A stretch of DNA of 64,000 nt, from NCBI GenBank assembly GCA_963714975.1, contig CAVQQD010000002.1, forward strand, positions 800,001-864,000, given 5' to 3'. Positions 18,570 through 26,103 of the stretch are shown in pieces; the stretch's first letter is position 1, and each line of letters opens with the position of its first letter. This DNA comes from an uncultured Gammaproteobacteria bacterium. GTDB taxonomy: Bacteria > Pseudomonadota > Gammaproteobacteria > JAURND01. Made by a program: the position numbers and the translations under genes. The notes under the pieces were generated by a model. That model was not told where the DNA came from, ran no database searches, and saw only the letters and a list, made by a program, of their open reading frames with translations.

Positions 18570-19364
18570 CTAAAAAGTGAACCAGGCAGCTAAAAATGGT
18601 GCAGTTCCTACTCCTAAATTTCTAGCATAGATATCTTGTGAGATACCTGCTTGCAGGGCAAAAGGTTTTTTTACCCAATAGACTAAGCTCGGAACAAGTG
18701 TAAATTGATCGTAATTTGTGCCTTTTGGCTGGGTTGGATTAACTAGGCTTAAAGTATTATAACTTTGTAGAAATACCCAAAGCTTTTGATCAAACAGCTT
18801 TATTCCAGCTTCCAAGTTGATTTGTGCTTGATCGCCTGCGCCATAGCGTTGAATGATGCCATTCGAGGTATCGAAAAACCAATAGACGGATGATTTTTTT
18901 CCAAAACTTCCTCCAGTCCCGTACAGAATAGCCTCTCCGGTATTCACGTGAGTGTTTTGTGGTGGAATATTTGCTGAAGCAGCCTTGCCAAAGAAATCGG
19001 CAAATGTTTGTGCGGAGATCACGCTATTTTTGCCACGCCAAATTTGATAGCGTGCCAGTATTTCATTGTCATTGGATCCTGTGATACCCGGAGGAGTTGC
19101 TGGATGGGTAGAGATGCCGGAGAAATAGGCGCCCAGAGTTAAATTAGTATTTACGCCAAATTCAAAATATTGGTCTACTTCATACTTGGCAAAACGCGGA
19201 GCACTGGTTAGCGTGCCATTACTAGTGCGAAAATGGGTGCTGACATAATGTTTAATAACGGAAATACTCAAACCCTGGCCAGGATCTTGAACCCAAGCAC
19301 CTGCAGATGCATCTTGCATAAAAAAAAATAGCAGTAATATAAATGCTAAAATTTTACTAAACAT
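18570..19364 (-). CDS. Putative outer-membrane beta-barrel protein
   Basis: Signal peptide (ASA), mature N-terminus GAWVQDPGQG, amphipathic strands, aromatic C-terminus AAWFTF. Confidence 0.7.
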   Translation of the reverse strand: MFSKILAFILLLFFFMQDASAGAWVQDPGQGLSISVIKHYVSTHFRTSNGTLTSAPRFAKYEVDQYFEFGVNTNLTLGAYFSGISTHPATPPGITGSNDNEILARYQIWRGKNSVISAQTFADFFGKAASANIPPQNTHVNTGEAILYGTGGSFGKKSSVYWFFDTSNGIIQRYGAGDQAQINLEAGIKLFDQKLWVFLQSYNTLSLVNPTQPKGTNYDQFTLVPSLVYWVKKPFALQAGISQDIYARNLGVGTAPFLAAWFTF

Positions 19365-19477
19365 TGTTGATGCTTATCCATTTTTGACAATGCATTTGCA
19401 TTTTTCATAAAATACCTGCATTGGGTGTTTCCCTAGCTGGGTATTATAGTCTAATTCACAATGAGGCAGAAGTTTAT

Positions 19478-21016
19478 TTACAACCTTTCTGTGATTTTGC
19501 GTTCATTAATCCAATCGTTGATAGTAATTAGCAAATTTTGCTTCTTTTCTATGGCATATTCTTGGGGTAAACAAGTACTGCATTGTCCACAACTTTTGGG
19601 GTTGTTATCGCCTAATGTTTGACACAAAATAACCATTAAACAATTTCGTGATTGTTCGGCATATTGTTGCATTAATGCTAATTCAAAATGTCGTATTTGT
19701 AATTGGAGCCCATAACGATGTAAGCTAGGCTGATTTTGTTTTCCGGTCAAGTGGTATATTTGCCTTCCATGGTGACTTGCTTTTCGTATGTATTCTTGCT
19801 CGATTAATTCTGTCACTACTACGGTTAAACGTGTTGCTTGAAGTCCGGTGATCTCTTTTAAGTTGGTAATGTTGAGAGGTGTTTTAGAGTTTTCTAGAAC
19901 ATTTAAGACCAATTTAAAGTCCTCCATCTGTGGTCGTGAAGCATCAATAAAATATTTTTGTATCTTGCAATCTTGAGCATCGTAAAGGAGAATCCCATTC
20001 GCCGAATTTCCATCTCTGCCGCATCGTCCTACTTCCTGATAATAAGCAGTAATTGATCCTGGGAAATCGAAATGAATAATAAAGCGTAAATTTGCTTTGT
20101 CTATTCCCATGCCTAAGGCATTTGTTGCAGCAACCACTTTATAATGGTCGAGGATAAAATTGTCCTGAATTTGTTGCTTTTTCTGCAAACCAATACCTGA
20201 ATGATATGCAATAGTATTTATGCCTTTGGAAAATAAATAATCGGCAACTAGCTCGGTATTTTCTCGGGTAGCACAATAAATTATGCCTGATCCTTTTAGT
20301 TTTGGTAATAAACTTTGTAAGGTTAATAGCTTCATGGCAGTGCCGGTTAGTGGAATAACAGATAGATGAATATTGGGACGATTCATAGCTTCGCGATGTA
20401 CTTCGATACATTTGTCGTCTATGCTTAGTTGCTGGATAATATCGGATTCTGTTTTTTGATTGGCTGTTGCTGTGAGCCCCAAGATTTTAATATTGGAGTC
20501 TTTTTTTGCCAAGGCGCGTGCTAATTGGGTGATTTGTCGATAGCTAGGACGAAAATCGTGTCCCCAAGTAGAAATGCAATGAGCCTCGTCAACCACTAAT
20601 AAACTAATGGGTAAGCTAAGTAAAAATTCGAAACGATCTATGTGTTCCAATTGCTCTGGAGAGATAAATAGGATGCGTACTTTCCCTGTTTGTACTGCTT
20701 GTCGTGCTGCCATATTTTCAGCATAACTTTGATCGCTATTAATGCTAATTGCAGATATATCGAAACGATTTTTTAACTGCATGATTTGATCTCTCATTAG
20801 AGCCAGCAAGGGTGATATCACTAAAGTAATACCGCTAAGCATTGTAGTAGGTAGTTGATATAGTAGTGATTTACCGTGACCCGTAGGTTGAATGCAAAGC
20901 AGCCGACCATGGACCATTAGGCTAATTAGTGCGTTCAGTTGTCCAGGACGAAATTGATTAAAGTGAAAATTATCTTGTAAAGCTTGAAGAAGAGCATTTC
21001 GAATTTCATTTTGCAT
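19478..21016 (-). CDS. RecQ-family ATP-dependent DNA helicase
   Basis: FRPGQ, PTGHGKS, DEAHCISTWGHDFRPSY, TATA, YYQEVGRCGRDG, C-terminal Zn cysteines (C..CGQCSTC); no HRDC domain evident. Confidence 0.93.
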   Translation of the reverse strand: MQNEIRNALLQALQDNFHFNQFRPGQLNALISLMVHGRLLCIQPTGHGKSLLYQLPTTMLSGITLVISPLLALMRDQIMQLKNRFDISAISINSDQSYAENMAARQAVQTGKVRILFISPEQLEHIDRFEFLLSLPISLLVVDEAHCISTWGHDFRPSYRQITQLARALAKKDSNIKILGLTATANQKTESDIIQQLSIDDKCIEVHREAMNRPNIHLSVIPLTGTAMKLLTLQSLLPKLKGSGIIYCATRENTELVADYLFSKGINTIAYHSGIGLQKKQQIQDNFILDHYKVVAATNALGMGIDKANLRFIIHFDFPGSITAYYQEVGRCGRDGNSANGILLYDAQDCKIQKYFIDASRPQMEDFKLVLNVLENSKTPLNITNLKEITGLQATRLTVVVTELIEQEYIRKASHHGRQIYHLTGKQNQPSLHRYGLQLQIRHFELALMQQYAEQSRNCLMVILCQTLGDNNPKSCGQCSTCLPQEYAIEKKQNLLITINDWINERKITERL

Positions 21017-21115
21017 TATTATAGTCCATCGAAAAATAAAAATAATCAGTCTTCAGCGGTTCCCGCTGAACCGCCCAGATCTTACCTCAAGGCCCTGGAA
21101 AACAAAACCTGGTAT

Positions 21116-21144
21116 TTGACATATATATGATTCTCTGATAGACT
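21116..21144 (+). promoter_or_regulatory. Sigma70-type promoter upstream of the small stress-gene cluster
   Basis: TTGACA (21116-21121), 17-bp spacer, TAGACT (21139-21144). Confidence 0.6.
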
Positions 21145-21232
21145 TCCGCAAGTATTTTTAGTTACTGCAGGTGTCCAGGATGGATCCCTGAGTAGTTGGT
21201 TATAAAATGCTCAACATTTAGGGAGAAATGGT

Positions 21233-21406
21233 ATGAGCCAAGAAAAATCGTTTGAAGTTCAAACTAATCAAGCATTTCCAAAGATATCAGATCAAATTGC
21301 TGATTATCATTCTACCGAAATTTCCTCAATTAAAAAAACGCGGAAATATCGTTCAAAACAGCGCCATATTTTACCCATCATCGATAAGCCATCTGGCGGT
21401 TCCTAG
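21233..21406 (+). CDS. Small hypothetical protein (57 aa, below the ORF-track cutoff)
   Basis: MSQEKSFEVQ...DKPSGGS with AGGGAGA RBS; first ORF after the promoter. Confidence 0.5.
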   Translation: MSQEKSFEVQTNQAFPKISDQIADYHSTEISSIKKTRKYRSKQRHILPIIDKPSGGS

Positions 21407-21479
21407 AGGTTTAATTTGTAAATTTTTGCGCTTATTTTTATAGTTTCACGATTGTTTTTCGTAATTTGGAGATAAATGA

Positions 21480-21695
21480 ATGAATAAGGAGATTAATAAG
21501 AGTTATCTCAATACCTTAGGAAAGTATGAAAACCTTTACTGGGAAAGTGTTTTAGAAGATGACTTAGATGATATAATTGAACCGTATGAGGAAATCGAAC
21601 GCCACCTACGGGAGCAATATGGTTATGACAAGGAACATGCTAGGAAGGAGCTATATTCTTCTCAGCAGAACGATGGGTGGGACGATGATTATTAA
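21480..21695 (+). CDS. Divergent CsbD/YjbJ-like stress protein
   Basis: W...EDDLDDI....EEIERHLREQYGYDKEHARKEL matches the CsbD pattern WGKLTDDDL...LQERYGYxKEQAEKE. Confidence 0.6.
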   Translation: MNKEINKSYLNTLGKYENLYWESVLEDDLDDIIEPYEEIERHLREQYGYDKEHARKELYSSQQNDGWDDDY

Positions 21696-21715
21696 TTTTT
21701 AAGGGAGGAATTTAT

Positions 21716-21958
21716 ATGACATCAATTGAATTAGATAGAGAAGTCGAAGCTAATAATCCAGATGCGAAATTTTATGATAAAAGTGAGAGTACTTTTGAAG
21801 AATTGAAAGAAATGTTAGAAGGAGCTGGCTATCAAGTGAAAAAAAAGACGGCTGCAACTAAGCAAGCAATCGAAAATTATAGTAAAACTCATCCATGGGA
21901 AGCAATTGTGATTTCAGCATTAGCAGGAGCAACACTTTCATTATTATTAAGAAAATAG
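21716..21958 (+). CDS. ElaB/YqjD (DUF883) family tail-anchored protein
   Basis: ENYSKTHPWEAIVISALAGATLSLLLRK C-terminus. Confidence 0.82.
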   Translation: MTSIELDREVEANNPDAKFYDKSESTFEELKEMLEGAGYQVKKKTAATKQAIENYSKTHPWEAIVISALAGATLSLLLRK

Positions 21959-21962
21959 CTAT

Positions 21963-22334
21963 ATGGATGAAAAAGAGATTAAAAACAGCTTACTACGTAA
22001 TTTTTTCAATATATTTCGAGGGTGCTCAGGGATCTATACGGAAATACTTGAGCTAATGAAGCTTGAATTGCAGTTGGCAAAGTTAAGTATTCTGTTTTTA
22101 TTGATTGTATCTTTGGCAATTTTTGTATTGTTGGGAATTTTTTGGTTTTTCTTGATGGCTTTGTTGACTGTATTTTTTTATTCAATTTCTGGTAATTGGT
22201 TCCTAGCATTAACTATTATTTTATTATTAAATCTTGTATTGATTGTTGCTTTAATAATTATTGCGATTAAGTTAGTTGGCAACCTTAAATTCTCTGCTAC
22301 ACGTCGCCAGTTATTATCACATAAGAAGGTTTAA
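21963..22334 (+). CDS. YqjE-like membrane protein
   Basis: LELMKLELQ followed by two TM helices and FSATRRQL; located directly after a yqjD-like gene. Confidence 0.75.
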   Translation: MDEKEIKNSLLRNFFNIFRGCSGIYTEILELMKLELQLAKLSILFLLIVSLAIFVLLGIFWFFLMALLTVFFYSISGNWFLALTIILLLNLVLIVALIIIAIKLVGNLKFSATRRQLLSHKKV

Positions 22335-22340
22335 AGTTCT

Positions 22341-22655
22341 ATGTTAATGATTAAACGTAAAATTAGTTTGCTTGAGTCTAAAATTGTTGCAAAAAAAATA
22401 TTGCTTGCTAATGATTTTTCTCAAACAAAAAAAATCCTTAGTTCCCCTAAATATATTGTAGGTTCGATACTGGGAGGATTGACTTTAGGCTTTATTTTAT
22501 TTGCCGTGAAAATAAAAAAAACCGGAAAAAATACCAAAAAAACCCCAAAAAATGTTAATCCTGGAGCTCTCCCAGACCTGCGTTATAAATTTGTTTTTTT
22601 ACTTTTAACTTTTTTAATTAGCATTATGCGTGTGATTCACTCGAGGGAGGGATAA
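22341..22655 (+). CDS. YqjK-like small membrane protein
   Basis: Basic N-terminal helix then a TM segment; follows the yqjE-like gene as in yqjDEK. Confidence 0.5.
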   Translation: MLMIKRKISLLESKIVAKKILLANDFSQTKKILSSPKYIVGSILGGLTLGFILFAVKIKKTGKNTKKTPKNVNPGALPDLRYKFVFLLLTFLISIMRVIHSREG

Positions 22656-22735
22656 TTTCTTACATTTCAAATGGTGTGGTTATTACATTTTAATTTTATT
22701 AAATGGTATTTGATTATTAAGTAAGTTAAATAACT

Positions 22736-23032
22736 TTGTTACACTTTATTGATTGTCAAATGGAGAACATAAAGATGCCAAGTCAAGACATTAATCAAGC
22801 CTCAGAGGCGTTAAAATCTCATCTTAATGGGGGGCGAGAAAGATTATCTAAAGCTATTAGCGATGCATTAGGTGACACTATGGAAATGTTAGAAAAACAA
22901 GGTCATCAGATGAAAAAGCAAAGCTTGCATGCGCGTGATTCAGTAGATAAGTATGTAAAATTAAATCCTTTTAAATCATTGAGTATGGCATTAGTCGCTG
23001 GTGCTATTGTGGCACTAATTTTACGACGATAA
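22736..23032 (+). CDS. ElaB/YqjD (DUF883) family protein, paralogue 2 (true start probably the ATG of MPSQD)
   Basis: DKYVKLNPFKSLSMALVAGAIVALILRR. Confidence 0.82.
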   Translation: MLHFIDCQMENIKMPSQDINQASEALKSHLNGGRERLSKAISDALGDTMEMLEKQGHQMKKQSLHARDSVDKYVKLNPFKSLSMALVAGAIVALILRR

Positions 23033-23148
23033 TCCGTTGGTATAGGTACAAGTAGCAGGATCGAATGATTACATTTATTTTACCTTTCTAGTCTTTAATT
23101 TGTTAATAAGATATTTGTTAAATTTTTTTAACCAAAGGAGAAAGCATC

Positions 23149-23313
23149 ATGACAAACAATTGGCAATCAAATAACCAACGTCAAGGTTCTGACAAAAATC
23201 AACAGCAACAATCTAAAGGAAGAGACCGTGATTCTAAGCAAAAGCAATGGAGTGACGATCCAAGTCGACAACAACACGAATCAGAACGAAGCGAGGGGGA
23301 AAGAAACAAATAA
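23149..23313 (+). CDS. Small hydrophilin-like stress protein (54 aa, below the ORF-track cutoff)
   Basis: MTNNWQSNNQRQGSDKNQQQQSKGRDRDSKQKQWSDDPSRQQHESERSEGERNK; AAGGAG RBS; followed by a terminator. Confidence 0.7.
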   Translation: MTNNWQSNNQRQGSDKNQQQQSKGRDRDSKQKQWSDDPSRQQHESERSEGERNK

Positions 23314-23325
23314 GCACATTTAAGT

Positions 23326-23368
23326 AAAAATAGCACGAAGAATATTATCGCTTCTTTGTGCTATTTTT
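23326..23368 (+). terminator. Intrinsic terminator, possibly bidirectional
   Basis: AAAAATAGCAC...GTGCTATTTTT inverted repeat. Confidence 0.65.
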
Positions 23369-23385
23369 ATTAGGAGATCATCTCA

Positions 23386-23604
23386 ATGGATGAACAAAAA
23401 TTAAATGCACAAAAATTAGCTGGGACAGCAGAAAATGTTGTTCAAGAAATTATCGATGTTATGGAAGAAAAAGGGTACCAAGTAAGAAAAGACCCTAATA
23501 AGATTCGTATGGCTGTAAAAACCTATGTAAAAAATAATCCTTTTAAAACTATTGGATTTTCGGCATTAATTGGGATAGTTATTGGTTTTTTATGGCGTCT
23601 TTAA
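23386..23604 (+). CDS. ElaB/YqjD (DUF883) family protein, paralogue 3
   Basis: KTYVKNNPFKTIGFSALIGIVIGFLWRL; shares the GYQV motif with 21716-21958. Confidence 0.82.
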   Translation: MDEQKLNAQKLAGTAENVVQEIIDVMEEKGYQVRKDPNKIRMAVKTYVKNNPFKTIGFSALIGIVIGFLWRL

Positions 23605-23610
23605 TCTTGA

Positions 23611-24213
23611 TTAAAACCAGTGGTGAGTAAATGCATAGCTTGCCGCCAAACCAGCTATGAATCCACATACATGCCCCTCCCAAGAGGTTCTTTCCTCGCT
23701 GGGAAATAAACTCAAGGCGATGCCACTAAAATAGTATAGACAGAGCAGTGCTAATAATATTGAGATGATGGAATGTTGTTGGTAAGCATTGCTAAGCAAA
23801 AATCCCCAATATCCCACAATCAGAGCGCTTGAGCCTATGTGAAGGGCAGGGCGACCAACTAGCCAAGTTAATATTCCACTTAAAATTATAATAAAAAGCG
23901 AGACCAGCAGAAAAACAATCTTGCCATTTACTAAGACTAGGGCGCCTAAAACAAAAAAAGGTAGGGCATTAAAAAAGAAGTGTTGGAAATTTCCATGTAA
24001 TAGGGGGGTTGTAAAAATCCCAATTAGACCATATATTTTTCTTGGGTATATTCCTAAGATGTTTAATCGATAGCCTAAAAGGCAATTGGCTATTTGTACA
24101 CCAAAGCCTATTATTACTAGCAAGGATAGAAAACGCCAGTTGGCTTGTACGCTACTAATGATTGTCCGCAGTGCTTCTGTTAGGCTCTCAAGCATATAGG
24201 ATAAGTGACCCAT
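23611..24213 (-). CDS. Rhomboid-family intramembrane serine protease
   Basis: PLLHGNFQHFFFN, HIGSS (GxS) and SWEGH motifs. Confidence 0.88.
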   Translation of the reverse strand: MGHLSYMLESLTEALRTIISSVQANWRFLSLLVIIGFGVQIANCLLGYRLNILGIYPRKIYGLIGIFTTPLLHGNFQHFFFNALPFFVLGALVLVNGKIVFLLVSLFIIILSGILTWLVGRPALHIGSSALIVGYWGFLLSNAYQQHSIISILLALLCLYYFSGIALSLFPSEERTSWEGHVCGFIAGLAASYAFTHHWF

Positions 24214-24319
24214 TAATTACTGGCAATAAACTAGAAAAAAGTCTAAAATGCTAGTATACGTTAGGATGCTACTATGACCCAAGGGGTTTTTTGGGGAACC
24301 TTAAACTAAACTTAAGAAA

Positions 24320-25891
24320 GTGCTCATGTTATCAAAATCTGATCGTGTTTATATTGAAAAAAATCAACGCTTGTCTAATTCTTGCCTATGGGATTTCCAA
24401 CGGGAATATTTCCACCGAGAGGGCGTAAAAGCCTGGGTAAAAGATGTTCCTTTTTATGTGACTAGTAATCCCTTTTTGGCGAATACTTATGCTCATATGG
24501 CCGTTCGATTAGCTCAAGATTGGGTTCGAAAATATCCTTCTGCTAAAGATCATCCTTTTTATATTATTGAATTGGGTACAGGGTCAGGAAGACTGAGTTA
24601 CTATATCCTAAAAAAAATCAAACAATTGCAACAACAACTGCAAATTGAAGATATTTCTATTCGATACATCATGACTGATTTTACGGAAAACAATATGCGA
24701 TTTTGGGATACCCATCCTGCCTTACGCCCTTTCGTTGCAGAAAACCGGTTGGACTTTGCCTTATTTAATATGGAAAGCGATACGAGTCTAAATTTAATAA
24801 AGTCTGGCATCACTTTATCTCCAGGGGGCGTAGTTAATCCAATCATAGCTTATGCTAACTATGTGTTTGATACGGTATCCCAAGACACTTTTGTAGTGGA
24901 AAATGGGGAGATATATGAATCCTTAGTGACTTCATTTACAGACTCTGAAAATATGCAGGATGGAAAAGTAATCAATATGGAAAAGATCCATGTTGAATAT
25001 GCTAAAGCCCCTGCCGCTGAAAAATTTTATGAGGATGATACGATTAATGCTGTGGTCAACAGCTACAAAGACAAGTTAAAGGATAGCCACTTTCTTTTGC
25101 CTATAGCTGGCATCAAAGCCATTTCTAATTTAAGAAAATTAAGTAATGACAAGCTTTTCCTTGTATCTACTGATAAAGGCAGCACTTACCTTGAAGAGTT
25201 GGAAAATTTAGATCAGCCCGATATCGTGTTTCATGGCAGTTTTTCCGTGATGGTTAATTTTCATGCTTTAGCGACTTACATTGAGCAAGCAGGAGGAACC
25301 GCCATTATTCAATCGTTACGTTCAGACATTAAAACGGTAGCTTTCTGTACGGGCTTCCAGATCAGTGATCTACCTGATTTTGCTACTGCTATAAGTGAAA
25401 ACATAGAACGATTAAGTCCCGCTGATTACTTTATTTTACACCGTAACATCAGTGAAAACTTTCAGCATGCCAAAATAAACACTTTAGTTTCTCATTTAGC
25501 TTTTAGCGATTGGGATCCTCATATTTATGAAAAATTAAGCCGACAAATCAACGAGCAAATTACTCATGCTGACCGAGTAACTACTGAGTATCTGGTTAAT
25601 CATATTCCAAATTTATCTAGTAATTTTTATTTTATGCCCCGTACTTACGATGTTAATTTTGACTTGGGTGTCTTATTGCATACCTTACATCGTTATAAAG
25701 AAGCTGCTGTGTATTATAAAAAGTCAGAACAGCATTTTGGGGAGCGCTTTAATTTGTTATATAACATGGCTATTTGTATCTATCATAGTGGGGATACTGA
25801 AGCTGCCTTAGCCACATTTAACCGGGCACTCTATCTTAATCCCGATTCTGCCGAAGCGAAATCCTGGGTAGAATTCTTAAGTAAAGAATAA
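24320..25891 (+). CDS. SAM-dependent methyltransferase-like protein (MidA/NDUFAF7-like) with C-terminal TPRs
   Basis: IIELGTGSGRL, YIMTDFT, ANYVFDT; TPR-like C-terminus (LYNMAIC...ALYLNPD). Confidence 0.75.
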   Translation: MLMLSKSDRVYIEKNQRLSNSCLWDFQREYFHREGVKAWVKDVPFYVTSNPFLANTYAHMAVRLAQDWVRKYPSAKDHPFYIIELGTGSGRLSYYILKKIKQLQQQLQIEDISIRYIMTDFTENNMRFWDTHPALRPFVAENRLDFALFNMESDTSLNLIKSGITLSPGGVVNPIIAYANYVFDTVSQDTFVVENGEIYESLVTSFTDSENMQDGKVINMEKIHVEYAKAPAAEKFYEDDTINAVVNSYKDKLKDSHFLLPIAGIKAISNLRKLSNDKLFLVSTDKGSTYLEELENLDQPDIVFHGSFSVMVNFHALATYIEQAGGTAIIQSLRSDIKTVAFCTGFQISDLPDFATAISENIERLSPADYFILHRNISENFQHAKINTLVSHLAFSDWDPHIYEKLSRQINEQITHADRVTTEYLVNHIPNLSSNFYFMPRTYDVNFDLGVLLHTLHRYKEAAVYYKKSEQHFGERFNLLYNMAICIYHSGDTEAALATFNRALYLNPDSAEAKSWVEFLSKE

Positions 25892-25922
25892 CTGCCCTAG
25901 CGTGTCCTCCCTGCAGCTAGTG

Positions 25923-26035
25923 CGTCTTCCCTGCAGGACGCAGGGATCCAGTCACCAGGATGTGAAAGTTTCGCTTCCTGCGCCGTGGATCCCGGCATCC
26001 ATGCCGCGGGATGACGAGCTTGAGCGGGGATGACG
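25923..26035. repeat. CGTC-type palindromic repeat
   Basis: CGTCTTCCCTGCAGGACGCAGGGATCCAG ... TGGATCCCGGCATCCATGCCGCGGGATGACG, plus an extra GGGATGACG end. Confidence 0.8.
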
Positions 26036-26103
26036 AAATACGGTATTGATCTTAAGTTTTTTTAAGCGAATAGTTTTCCTTTTTATTGAAAGGAAAACTC
26101 GCT

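Noticed and set aside
21963-22334. Prophage holin
   Set aside because: The family is often labelled holin-like, but the context is yqjD-yqjE-yqjK with no phage genes.
24226-24260. TrpR operator (ACTAG...CTAGT half-sites)
   Set aside because: The half-sites are far too widely spaced and the flanking genes are unrelated to Trp.
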